Shown one piece after another: positions 38,059 to 47,536 of a stretch of DNA of 64,000 bases. The notes beneath the pieces are model-generated. The model worked only from the letters and a program-made list of their open reading frames with translations. It was not told the origin of the DNA and did no database searches. This DNA is from a virus (lineage: Duplodnaviria; Heunggongvirae; Uroviricota; Caudoviricetes): positions 125,413 to 189,412 of IMG/VR virus record IMGVR_UViG_3300014205_000001; one strand, given 5' to 3'. The position numbers and the translations under genes are program-made. Within the stretch, counting starts at the first letter, position 1. The number at the start of each line of letters is the position of its first letter.

Positions 38059-38933
38059 TATTTTGTTTGACCGTTAATAAATAATTCTGCTGCTTCTTTA
38101 GCTTTACTCAACGATGTGGGTCCTTTAATACCCATTTGATATTCACCATTTTTTAATACGCGGCAGTTGTAAGCATTTTCAAATCTTTCATTGGCATGAA
38201 GTTCAATATAAAATCCTTTATATTCATAGCTAACATCTTTTAGTTGTTCTACGATATCCTTATTGATTTCTTCAGCTATTTTTTTAATTTGTTGTTTATT
38301 TAATTTTTTGGAGAAGTCAAGTTTTTCTTCAACCTTTTCTTTATCTTTTGCTTCACGCATAACTTCAACGTTACCTTCAGCATCGATTGAGATTTTTTTA
38401 CCATCAGCTTTTGAATATACCCATTTTTCTATTTCAGCTGTCGTATCTTTTACATTTGTATCGTGATACGTTTTAGATGTGCCAGGTTTTAAATATGCAA
38501 TTGTTGCATGTGCATGATAATCAGGAAATTTAGAAGTGAACGGAAATAATAAAGTTACTATCTTGTTATAAAGATTTAATTGTTCAGATTCCACGTCCCA
38601 TTTAAGAACATCGAAATTTTCATTATCGAAAGAAGTAATAGCAGTTAGGTTAACAGTAGGCAATTTTAAAGATTTCAATAATACAATTACTTCATCTTCT
38701 TCAATTTCATCGTCATGTAAACCATACAACACTGTAACATGTGGTTCGATTTCGCGACCATATTCTTTTTCTTCATTATCGAAAATATCTTCGTCATTTA
38801 CTTTGACTTCAGATACTGATTTTAAATAACCCATAATACAACCGTAACTATACGACTGATCTTCGGTTTTTTCGTTTATAGCTTTAATTCGCTGATTTTT
38901 CCACTGATAGGGACTTAAAAATGATAAATTCAT
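38058..38933 (-). CDS. 2H phosphodiesterase, T4 gp57B/Acb1-like, with extensions
   Basis: EPHVTVLYG and FPDYHAHATIAY (two HxT motifs); N-terminal leader ending AINE; extra C-terminal domain. Confidence 0.8.
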   Translation of the reverse strand: MNLSFLSPYQWKNQRIKAINEKTEDQSYSYGCIMGYLKSVSEVKVNDEDIFDNEEKEYGREIEPHVTVLYGLHDDEIEEDEVIVLLKSLKLPTVNLTAITSFDNENFDVLKWDVESEQLNLYNKIVTLLFPFTSKFPDYHAHATIAYLKPGTSKTYHDTNVKDTTAEIEKWVYSKADGKKISIDAEGNVEVMREAKDKEKVEEKLDFSKKLNKQQIKKIAEEINKDIVEQLKDVSYEYKGFYIELHANERFENAYNCRVLKNGEYQMGIKGPTSLSKAKEAAELFINGQTK

Positions 38934-38949
38934 GTATTATATATTGAAT

Positions 38950-39342
38950 TTACATATTGTACATACCTTGTCCGCCATTTACGTTATTAATTGAAATAGT
39001 ACGGACATATTTCTGATCGTCTTTATTTAGACCCTTTTTCATATACAGAATGTTAATCATTTCAGCAGTTGAGCGTTTATGAATTTCTGTGAAATATGCA
39101 AAGGCGTTATCTGTTTTATCAGGATTGAAACTTTGCCAGTTGTTCAACATGTTGAACAATGACATTTGCATACAGTCGTCTTTGTCTTCGGGATAAAAAT
39201 AAGTTTTCTTACGAATTGCGTTTTGTGCTAAATCAATTAGCATATTTTCCGAATCCTTTGTTAATTTGCCACGTCCTTTAGAGAGGATAATGTGATAAGT
39301 TAATTTTTTGGCATTAACTCCGGTAGTTGGTCTTGCTTGCAT
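38950..39342 (-). CDS. late-transcription sigma factor (T4 gp55-like)
   Basis: EDKDDCMQ..FNPDKTDNAFAYFTEI matches the gp55 F.PE...N.FAYFT.I signature. Confidence 0.8.
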   Translation of the reverse strand: MQARPTTGVNAKKLTYHIILSKGRGKLTKDSENMLIDLAQNAIRKKTYFYPEDKDDCMQMSLFNMLNNWQSFNPDKTDNAFAYFTEIHKRSTAEMINILYMKKGLNKDDQKYVRTISINNVNGGQGMYNM

Positions 39343-39380
39343 TTACTTCATGTAAGATACTTTTTATTAGTTATAATTAA

Positions 39381-39408
39381 TTATATAACCAGTTAGGGTT
39401 CATGTTTA
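39381..39408 (-). promoter_or_regulatory. class-2 promoter TAAAC-N18-TATAA driving the gp55-like gene
   Basis: Exact motif on the minus strand. Confidence 0.75.
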
Positions 39409-39413
39409 AAAAC

Positions 39414-39445
39414 GAAAGGCTATCTAAGTAAATAGATAGCCTTTC
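39414..39445 (-). terminator. intrinsic terminator
   Basis: GAAAGGCTATCTA-agtaaa-TAGATAGCCTTTC with a T run on the minus strand. Confidence 0.8.
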
Positions 39446-39466
39446 CATGCTGGTGAAATACAGCGA

Positions 39467-40744
39467 TTATTTGTTTAAGCTGATTTTGTCTTTTTTAACT
39501 GTTTTAAGTTCTTCACTTAATTTATGTTTACGACCTAATAAAGAATTGTAAAGTGTTTCTAAAGCTTTATTTTCTGTTAACGATTCTCCTGATTCCTTAA
39601 TTGCTAAGATACCTTGTTCCACGTCTGCTAATTTTTCAGTAATTGCTTTTTCTTTATTTTCAATGCTGATTTTTGCTTTTGTTTCTTCAGATAACTGATT
39701 TTCGTAAAAGAACGTTAAATCAGCACCTAATTCATGAATTACGTTTTCAATTAATGGCATTGCGTTTTCGTAAGTATAATAACTTGAACCTAAACGTTTG
39801 TCAACACGATATTGAGAAATTTTACCTTCGAAGTTAAATACATAACATTCGTAAGTTGCGTTTAAAATATTGGAAACCTTTTTTACAGAATTTACAACCA
39901 CAAATTTATCTAAGTGATTGAATGTTTCTACTAAAATTGGATAAAAACCTTTTGCTAATAACGGAACTACTGGTGAATTAAATAATGATTCAAGAGTTGT
40001 AGCTTTATCTGCTTCTGATTCGTTTAATGTAATTTTTTTGTTGCTGGTATTGAATGATATAGTCAGACCTTCAGCGATTTTAAAAGTAATTGTATCTTCG
40101 TTAAAATCTGCACGATTAATCGCATCTTCTAATAAAGCAATTTTCTTTAATTGCACTGAATCAGTAATGAAATTTTCTTTTAATACTGATTTAATTCCTG
40201 TTTCTTTGTTTAATAAGAACCATGAACCAGCGATATAAGTTAAATAACCTTCTTTAATTTGCAATACAATTGAATACACATCTTCGATTTTACCACCTTT
40301 AGCCATAAAATTACTTTTAGCTTGTGGTGTAGATGCTAATTCAAATAGGAATTGGTGAACTTCAGCAATCCATTCGTACATTCTTAAATCTTCAAGAATA
40401 CGATGTTTGTCTTCATCATTACGTTGTTGAATACACTCTAAAATCGTATTACATGCACTTTCGTACATCCAAGCTTGATCTTTACGTTTTAATTTAGAAT
40501 ATAAATCTTTTAAAGCGTAAATTAGAGGTTTAGAAGATAATTCTCCATCAACTTCATTTAAGAATGAATTTACATTCTCATAAAATTTATATTTACCCAA
40601 GTGATTAGAAAGGGAACCATAAATTTCCTTTTCTGAATATACTTCAGATAATTTAATATGTTCTGTAATAATAGTCGCAATGTCAGATTGTTCTAAATCT
40701 AGAGCTTTACGAAATTCATACATGTTGTTTTTTAATGATTTCAT
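39467..40744 (-). CDS. hypothetical late/structural protein
   Basis: Start moved to ATG 40744; AATATATA at 40777-40784; C-terminal coiled coil. Confidence 0.7.
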   Translation of the reverse strand: MKSLKNNMYEFRKALDLEQSDIATIITEHIKLSEVYSEKEIYGSLSNHLGKYKFYENVNSFLNEVDGELSSKPLIYALKDLYSKLKRKDQAWMYESACNTILECIQQRNDEDKHRILEDLRMYEWIAEVHQFLFELASTPQAKSNFMAKGGKIEDVYSIVLQIKEGYLTYIAGSWFLLNKETGIKSVLKENFITDSVQLKKIALLEDAINRADFNEDTITFKIAEGLTISFNTSNKKITLNESEADKATTLESLFNSPVVPLLAKGFYPILVETFNHLDKFVVVNSVKKVSNILNATYECYVFNFEGKISQYRVDKRLGSSYYTYENAMPLIENVIHELGADLTFFYENQLSEETKAKISIENKEKAITEKLADVEQGILAIKESGESLTENKALETLYNSLLGRKHKLSEELKTVKKDKISLNK

Positions 40745-40806
40745 AGTGTAAATGATAGTTTTACTATTTGTTATTTTATATATTAAATTTAATTTTTCAA
40801 TTCTTT

Positions 40807-41529
40807 CTACCCATTTAAAGGGGTATTTGGCGTATTTGTATTCTGCCAGATACGTAAAATCCACTGAACAGCCTTATTTGCCAAAAATTTATTCTCTAAA
40901 TCAAAAATTGGGAAGAACGTATGAACCTCAATTGTGTATTTACTGACATAAGCACTTAAATCACCAAATTTCATCTCTCTTATTGTTGTATTTTCAGTTT
41001 CACCTCCAAAATTAAAAACAGCATTCAATGGAAGACGTTTATAATCAAAGGTAAAGTAACGATACATGTACTGATTTTCCATATACACTTGCCATGATTT
41101 GAAAATATCAAGCTCTGCATCACAGACTGCATCAATACTAAAAGTAAGTTTGACAGGTACGGCTTTTGTTTGAGTCACAATTTGCTGAAGTTCATCATCA
41201 ATTTCTTTATTTACATTTAACCACACGTTAGGATTGGTAAATTCATCGCTTTTAACTGCCCATGAACTTAAAGAAAGAACTCCACGGGGAATCGGATCAG
41301 CATTTCCAATTATACGATTTTGAGGGGTGTCATCTAAAAACGCATCGTTTATATACCGATTATCACCGGTTAAAGAATAGTAAAATGGAATTGGAACTTT
41401 TACAGGTCCATTTTCGGTCTTATTGTACCAATAAAATCGCTCATTTAAAAACCCTAAATATCCGACTATTACATTTCGTAAAAAGACATCATCGTAATTC
41501 TTGTCTTCAAATAGTTTGTCTGTTATCAT
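40807..41529 (-). CDS. tail sheath stabiliser/terminator (T4 gp15-like)
   Basis: FLRNVIVG, KVPIPFYY, IPRG, VPVKLTF; start moved to ATG 41529. Confidence 0.65.
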   Translation of the reverse strand: MITDKLFEDKNYDDVFLRNVIVGYLGFLNERFYWYNKTENGPVKVPIPFYYSLTGDNRYINDAFLDDTPQNRIIGNADPIPRGVLSLSSWAVKSDEFTNPNVWLNVNKEIDDELQQIVTQTKAVPVKLTFSIDAVCDAELDIFKSWQVYMENQYMYRYFTFDYKRLPLNAVFNFGGETENTTIREMKFGDLSAYVSKYTIEVHTFFPIFDLENKFLANKAVQWILRIWQNTNTPNTPLNG

Positions 41530-41622
41530 TAAAGTATATATCGTTAAAATCATATTTTATCATTTATTTTTATTAATATTTTTATTATATCATATCTGTC
41601 CCAAAAACTTTAGCCCTGAAAC

Positions 41623-41723
41623 TAAACAAAGTGAATTATACAACCTATAATAAGGTTATTGTTAACAGTAGCAAATTAATATGTAAAGCAACATATAAAC
41701 TTTTTTTACATTTCTAAATATAA
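41623..41723 (+). promoter_or_regulatory. two tandem class-2 promoters
   Basis: TAAAC-N18-TATAA at 41623-41650 and 41696-41723. Confidence 0.75.
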
Positions 41724-41742
41724 CAACTAATAAACAATTAAT

Positions 41743-42711
41743 ATGATCGACTTAGTCAAAAAACTGTATTGGCAAAAATACCGTCCTAAAAACATCGACG
41801 CAATGATTTTATTGCCTCGTATACAAAAACAATTATTAGAAACTGATTCTGAAAATCAAACTAAACTTGTTGTTACAAACAATTTATTACTGACAGGTTC
41901 TCCTGGTACAGGTAAAACAAGTTTAGCAAAACTTATTGTACCTAAAGGTGCTTTAACTGTAAACGCATCTTATAATTCCAGTGTTGAAGATTTAAAAGAC
42001 ACTGTAATGGAATATTGTCGTACCAGTGACATCTTTGGTGATAATTCTCTCGACGGTTTTAAAATTGTGTTCTTGGATGAATTTGATGGTGTATCAGCAA
42101 AGTATCAAGATGCTTTACGTGGATTTATTGAAGATTGGAGTGATAGAATTCGTTTTATTGCAACATGTAATAATTTAACAAAAGTTTCACCTGCAATGCA
42201 ATCACGATTCACAGTAATCAAATTTGATCCGCAGAATAACGAAGAAACTAAATATTTACAAGATGCTTATTTGGAACGTTCTGAATTAGTAGCTGAAAAA
42301 AATAAATTAAATGTAAACGAAGAACAATTACGTTCATTGATTAATTTAACTTTCCCAGATTTACGTTCAGTAATGAACTCCTTACAGGATATTGAAAAAA
42401 CAGGTTCTTATGTTTCAGGAAGTGGAGTATCATTAAATGTTGATTTGTACAATTTAATTTTTACAGATATACGTCCCGAAAAAACTTATGAATGGGTAAT
42501 GGAAAATTACGGTGATAAGGTAGAAAACTTAATCAAAATTTGTGGACGACCTTTAGCTCAATACATTTTTGAACACCGTCAAGATATGACTGCCAAAGTA
42601 CCTAGAATTATGGGAATTGTAAATACGCATGCTAATCAATTAGGAACATGTATTGACCCAATGGTGTTAGCTTTGTCGATGGTTTATCAAATACAAGAAA
42701 CTGTAAAGTAG
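41743..42711 (+). CDS. clamp loader ATPase (T4 gp44/RFC-like)
   Basis: WQKYRP, GSPGTGKT, NAS, LDEFD, FIATCN, SRF, PDLR. Confidence 0.95.
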   Translation: MIDLVKKLYWQKYRPKNIDAMILLPRIQKQLLETDSENQTKLVVTNNLLLTGSPGTGKTSLAKLIVPKGALTVNASYNSSVEDLKDTVMEYCRTSDIFGDNSLDGFKIVFLDEFDGVSAKYQDALRGFIEDWSDRIRFIATCNNLTKVSPAMQSRFTVIKFDPQNNEETKYLQDAYLERSELVAEKNKLNVNEEQLRSLINLTFPDLRSVMNSLQDIEKTGSYVSGSGVSLNVDLYNLIFTDIRPEKTYEWVMENYGDKVENLIKICGRPLAQYIFEHRQDMTAKVPRIMGIVNTHANQLGTCIDPMVLALSMVYQIQETVK

Positions 42712-42724
42712 TAATATATACAAT

Positions 42725-43015
42725 ATGAAAGACGAATGGCAAAAAATAATCGAAAACAATATTAGCGAATATATCGCTACAGTGGATTTTAAACATCCTG
42801 ATTTTTCGATCAAAGAATTAAAACAACGTTTGAAACAAATTATTGGTTCAGAACCTAATGTGCAACTTAAATGGAACACGACAGAAAAGGTAAATGAACT
42901 TTTAAAAGATTCAGGAGTTGAAAATCATAAAGAAATTATCGAAAAGGTTGAACAGGTCAATATAGTATTTTTGAGTCCTGATAACAAACCAATTCCTTTT
43001 AAACTTATAGTATAA
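42725..43015 (+). CDS. hypothetical late protein
   Basis: AATATATA 4 nt before ATG. Confidence 0.7.
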   Translation: MKDEWQKIIENNISEYIATVDFKHPDFSIKELKQRLKQIIGSEPNVQLKWNTTEKVNELLKDSGVENHKEIIEKVEQVNIVFLSPDNKPIPFKLIV

Positions 43016-43293
43016 TGAACACAGCACAAAGAGAAATCATTCGTAATTATTATTCAGATAATTTTTTAGCTGAAGTATGTAAAGTTTTGGATTTACCAGC
43101 AGAATATAAATTTAATTCTGAAATTCCACTACAAACTATTTGTACAGACGATCAATTGGTAAAATTAAAAGCATTATGTGTTGAAAATAAAAATTTACGT
43201 GAAATTTTTAATTCCAAGAATATTGCTACACGATTAACTCCTGAATGGTCGTATTCAGTACTTGATAGTTACTTTAAAATAAAATTAGATTAA
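43015..43293 (+). CDS. hypothetical protein
   Basis: 92 aa, translationally coupled. Confidence 0.7.
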   Translation: MNTAQREIIRNYYSDNFLAEVCKVLDLPAEYKFNSEIPLQTICTDDQLVKLKALCVENKNLREIFNSKNIATRLTPEWSYSVLDSYFKIKLD

Positions 43294-44411
43294 TGCAACA
43301 ACTAATTCTAGATGGGAATTACTTACTACACAAAAATGTAAGAACTCTACATAAACATAGTACTTTATATGGCGAATTATATAAAGCGCTAACAACAAAT
43401 GTTGAAAAATATAAAAACTTACATAAGTTTGATAAAATATTTATTGTTTCTGATTCAGGTAAAAAAAGTTGGCGTTTACAAGAAAGTTCAATTTACAAAG
43501 GAACTCGTGAACAAGATAATACAATCGATTGGAAATTTGTGTATCAAACTTATGATCAATGGAAACTTGATATGAGTGAAAAGTACAATGTTGTACAAAG
43601 ACCTCATATTGAAGGTGACGATTGGATTGCAGTATTAGTTCGTAAGGGAAATGCATTAGGTTATAGTAGTGTAGTTATTGCATCAGATAGAGATATGCAA
43701 CAATTAGTTTCATATCGTATTAAAGGTGTAAAGAGTTACATTAATATTCAAATTAATGATCATAATGGAAATGAAAAAATATACATTCCTGAAGGTTGGG
43801 AAATATTTTTACAAGAATATGATAACAACCGTAGCAATGATATTTTTAATTTAGATGAAGGTCACAGTTGGGTTACATTTTTAAATCGAATGATTCGCAA
43901 TTATGATAAAGTTGAAATTAATCACCAAGAAAAATTATTTTGTAAATTAGTACAAGGTGATAAAGGTGATAATGTAATGTCAATTCATGTACGACCACAA
44001 AAGAAAGCTTCAAAGTTAGAAGTAGATGATAAAGTACTGTATTTTGACAATCAAGCAATAGTAGTTTCAATCGAAGGTGATCAAGCTGTAATTGACATTA
44101 AAGGTGAACAACAAACAGTAGATTTAAGCGTATTACGTAAATTTAGAGGCGTAGGTGATGCCGGTGCTTTAAAAGTTTGGAAGTTTTATTGTGAAAATTT
44201 TAAAACACATTTCACGACAGATGAAGAAACTTTTTTAGATGACGTACTGTTATCTTATCAACGTAGTCATAAATTACAATTAACTGATAAACAATATGAT
44301 GCTGCTCGGTTAAAATTAGCACAAAATATTAAGTTAATGGAGTTGCATTACAAACATTATCCAGAATGGGTGTTAGAAGAAATCGCAGAAGAATTAGAAG
44401 ATAAAATTTAA
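43293..44411 (+). CDS. 5'-3' exonuclease / flap endonuclease (T4 RNase H-like)
   Basis: LDGN, SWR..YKGTR, EGDD, SDRD..QL, GDKGDNV...GVG. Confidence 0.9.
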   Translation: MQQLILDGNYLLHKNVRTLHKHSTLYGELYKALTTNVEKYKNLHKFDKIFIVSDSGKKSWRLQESSIYKGTREQDNTIDWKFVYQTYDQWKLDMSEKYNVVQRPHIEGDDWIAVLVRKGNALGYSSVVIASDRDMQQLVSYRIKGVKSYINIQINDHNGNEKIYIPEGWEIFLQEYDNNRSNDIFNLDEGHSWVTFLNRMIRNYDKVEINHQEKLFCKLVQGDKGDNVMSIHVRPQKKASKLEVDDKVLYFDNQAIVVSIEGDQAVIDIKGEQQTVDLSVLRKFRGVGDAGALKVWKFYCENFKTHFTTDEETFLDDVLLSYQRSHKLQLTDKQYDAARLKLAQNIKLMELHYKHYPEWVLEEIAEELEDKI

Positions 44412-44416
44412 ATTAC

Positions 44417-45175
44417 ATGTATATGGCAGCAGCAAAAAAAGTACAGATGTCTTATGCAACATATTACACAATTAGATTTTTTAATGAAGATATAGCAATT
44501 TTATCAAGCAAAGATAGAAAAATTGTTGAAAGTCTTTTTGATCATTATAAATTAATGGTAAAACATCATGGTTTTTCAATTCCTCGAGCTAAAAAAGAAA
44601 TTGAAGAAAAGATTTCATTGTGGGGAATTACTGGAGAATTTAACAATGATGTATTTGATAGTTGTACGTCATTTACTGAAACAGATTTAAATCAAGATAT
44701 TCACAAAAAGAAATCTGTGACACATTATTATGATCATTCGAAAGGAATCGATCTTAAAAAATATCCTGCTTATTATATTTCAAGAGTTGATGGTGATTTA
44801 TTATTCAAAAGTAATTTACATAAATTCTTTTCCAAAGTAACAAATAAATGGGCAGTAACGTTTATTACAGAAAGTAAGAAAATAGAAAGATTGATGTCGT
44901 GGGAAGATTTTAGTGGAACATTTACTTATTATGATCATTCACATCCTCAATATAAAGAAATATTAGAAAATTTACAAACTGACATTCGTAATAAAATGAC
45001 AGCGGAAGAATTTTTTAATCAACGGCAACAAAAATACGGATATAACAGAAACGATCGTAAGTATTCTTTGGATTGGAATAGTACTTATGATTTAGTAAGT
45101 GACCCAGGATTTTCAAGTGCTTTACTAAAAAATCATACACATACACACGATGAACATTTTACAGACAATTTTTAA
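44417..45175 (+). CDS. hypothetical protein
   Basis: 252-aa ORF. Confidence 0.75.
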   Translation: MYMAAAKKVQMSYATYYTIRFFNEDIAILSSKDRKIVESLFDHYKLMVKHHGFSIPRAKKEIEEKISLWGITGEFNNDVFDSCTSFTETDLNQDIHKKKSVTHYYDHSKGIDLKKYPAYYISRVDGDLLFKSNLHKFFSKVTNKWAVTFITESKKIERLMSWEDFSGTFTYYDHSHPQYKEILENLQTDIRNKMTAEEFFNQRQQKYGYNRNDRKYSLDWNSTYDLVSDPGFSSALLKNHTHTHDEHFTDNF

Positions 45176-45398
45176 TGAAGTAGCAAATACTCATAACGAT
45201 GCAGAATTAGGTGCAAAAGTTAGAAAAATAATTAACGAATTACCAGCAACTTATTTTGTTGTACAAGAAGCAATGAAACAAGTAGCACCTGAAGTAAGAG
45301 CCCCTAAAGTTGTCCGTGAAGGTAAAGTAAAACCTAAACCTCGTAAAAATGATGGTAAAAGTCTTTTTACTGATTCTACCTTCGATTGGACTGAATAA
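45150..45398 (+). CDS. small hypothetical protein
   Basis: NDAELGAKVR. Confidence 0.7.
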   Translation: MNILQTIFNEVANTHNDAELGAKVRKIINELPATYFVVQEAMKQVAPEVRAPKVVREGKVKPKPRKNDGKSLFTDSTFDWTE

Positions 45399-45430
45399 AA
45401 CAATTACCTAAATTTACTATATAAGGATTA

Positions 45431-46111
45431 ATGACTGAATCTGAATTAACGGAGTTTGTCCGTGCTGACCTAGAACAAATAGGTTATACAACATACGCAG
45501 AAGTTTGTGTTAAAGGTGGTGGAGATATAAGATGTGATATGTACGCTCGAATTGAAAGCCCTAATCATAAAAATTACGGAATGTGTATTGCATTTGAAGC
45601 AAAGTTAAATTTTAACTTTACAGTATTGCAACAAGCTTACGGTTGGAAAAATCGTGCACATGAAGTTTATATTATTGTGCCCGCTTCTTATAAGAACATG
45701 AAAAATCGAAAATTTGCTCGGGAACTCTGTAGATTATTAGGTGTAGGTGTAATGGAAGTAAATATTAACACCGGTCAATATCATGTGACAGTTAAACCTC
45801 AATTCTGTCAAGCACCTAAATTTCCAACATTATACGAGGAACAAAAAATGATTTTAGCATCCAATGCTCAAAATAAATATGTGACACCCTTCAAAATTAC
45901 TGTACAACGTTTGAATGAATACATGAAAGATAAGGATGAAGTAATTTTGATTAATGCGATTAAGAATATTAAGCATCATTATAAAAGTACAGTGTCCGGA
46001 GTCAGAACAATACGATTATTAATTGAACGAGGTGCAATTCAAGGATATAATGTAGTAAAAGAAAACAACAAATTAATTTTAAGAAAAACCAGTACCTATA
46101 AACTATTTTAA
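45431..46111 (+). CDS. PD-(D/E)XK nuclease-fold protein (MmcB-like)
   Basis: AEV..RCD..AFEAK..QA...YI.VP..GVGV; AAAAC-N18-TATAA upstream. Confidence 0.7.
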   Translation: MTESELTEFVRADLEQIGYTTYAEVCVKGGGDIRCDMYARIESPNHKNYGMCIAFEAKLNFNFTVLQQAYGWKNRAHEVYIIVPASYKNMKNRKFARELCRLLGVGVMEVNINTGQYHVTVKPQFCQAPKFPTLYEEQKMILASNAQNKYVTPFKITVQRLNEYMKDKDEVILINAIKNIKHHYKSTVSGVRTIRLLIERGAIQGYNVVKENNKLILRKTSTYKLF

Positions 46112-46136
46112 CAAAAAATTCATATAATTGTAGCAA

Positions 46137-46349
46137 GTGATAACGATTTATCAAATAAAAGATGTAGAAAAGATTTTAGCCGAAGACGGCTATGAAATTG
46201 TGATAAGTGAAACTAAGTTCATTCCTTTGATTTTTAAAAAGAATCATCGTAAAATGGGAGTTCCATTTATTATGCATGATTTTTTAATGAAAAATAATAG
46301 TGTTGGTGAAGCTGCGCAATATTTAAAAAACATTTACGATAATGATTAA
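46137..46349 (+). CDS. small hypothetical protein
   Basis: GTG start; TAAAC-N19-TATAA at 46099. Confidence 0.6.
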   Translation: MITIYQIKDVEKILAEDGYEIVISETKFIPLIFKKNHRKMGVPFIMHDFLMKNNSVGEAAQYLKNIYDND

Positions 46350-46722
46350 AGTATATATCGCGTCACCGTATACTAAAGGTGATGTCGCGGTTAATGTCCG
46401 CACACAATTAGAAATGGCTAATAAATTAATGGATTTAGGATTTGCTCCTTTTGCTCCATTATATAGTCATTTTCAACACATGGCATTTCCACGACCTTAC
46501 GAAGATTGGATTAAAATTGATCTTGAATGGGTAAAAGTTTGCGATTGTGTATTACGTTTGCGAGGAGAAAGTGCAGGAGCTGATGGTGAAGTAAAATTTG
46601 CACACGATAATAAAATTCCAGTATTTTATCATGATGAAATATTCGATATGTTGAAACATTTTGGAATGACACATAATTTAACAGGACCTACTGGTATAAA
46701 AGGTCACGAAAGACAAGGATAA
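46342..46722 (+). CDS. nucleoside deoxyribosyltransferase-like protein (DUF4406/DUF1937-like)
   Basis: VYIASPY, P.AP, D...V..CD, GESAGADGE...A. Confidence 0.75.
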   Translation: MIKVYIASPYTKGDVAVNVRTQLEMANKLMDLGFAPFAPLYSHFQHMAFPRPYEDWIKIDLEWVKVCDCVLRLRGESAGADGEVKFAHDNKIPVFYHDEIFDMLKHFGMTHNLTGPTGIKGHERQG

Positions 46723-47120
46723 TGGATTTTAAAGATATAGTCACAGTGATTTTCACTGATAAACGCCGTTGGGGACAAGTAACTGATAAAGATAAGGAAA
46801 CAGTATTCTTTATTTTTAATCGCTTTATGAGTAAAAAATATCCTAAACAAGCGCATTTCTTCAATGTAAAAGGAATTGATCTTGCAACTTGTATGGATAT
46901 TTGGTTTAATTTTTTAAAGAACGAAGTTCGTCAACCTTTTTGGTTTTGGAAAGGACCGACAAAGAAAAAAGACCCTCCTATTAAAGATTGGAAACTAATT
47001 ATGGAATTTCATAAAGAACTAACCATGCAAGATATTTATTTTGTGTGTGAAGTTTTCCCGAAAGAATGTAAAGAAGAAATTAAACGAATACAACTAATCA
47101 ACGAAGAAATAGCAAAATAA
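46722..47120 (+). CDS. clamp loader small subunit (T4 gp62-like)
   Basis: FFIFNRFMS..Y...A..FN, FWKGP; size fits. Confidence 0.55.
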   Translation: MDFKDIVTVIFTDKRRWGQVTDKDKETVFFIFNRFMSKKYPKQAHFFNVKGIDLATCMDIWFNFLKNEVRQPFWFWKGPTKKKDPPIKDWKLIMEFHKELTMQDIYFVCEVFPKECKEEIKRIQLINEEIAK

Positions 47121-47122
47121 AT

Positions 47123-47536
47123 ATGAGTGAAATTTTAGATTTTTGGTCAAACAAGCACAATTACAGACAAGAAGAATTAGTTGAAAAAATTACCGAATAC
47201 TACCGTGCTGATTTTATTGAGAATTATACTAAATGGAAAAAGAATTTAGATGACCTTAATGAAGATGCTATTTATCAATTAAAAGAAGTTGGGATGCCTG
47301 AAAAATTCTGGACACCGTTACTATACGATGAATTTCTGAATAATTGTTTAGAATTATTTAAAGAATGGATTACAGTAAATAAAGACATCACTCGTAATGA
47401 TATTAAACTAATTTATCAAAAATTATTTACAGAGTTTTTAGGTAAACATTTAAAAGTTTGGGAAGATAATATGTACACAATGGATTCGTTATTAGAATCA
47501 GTGAAAAAAGTTGTTCCTACACCTGCTAAATCTTAA
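47123..47536 (+). CDS. hypothetical protein
   Basis: 137-aa ORF. Confidence 0.7.
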   Translation: MSEILDFWSNKHNYRQEELVEKITEYYRADFIENYTKWKKNLDDLNEDAIYQLKEVGMPEKFWTPLLYDEFLNNCLELFKEWITVNKDITRNDIKLIYQKLFTEFLGKHLKVWEDNMYTMDSLLESVKKVVPTPAKS

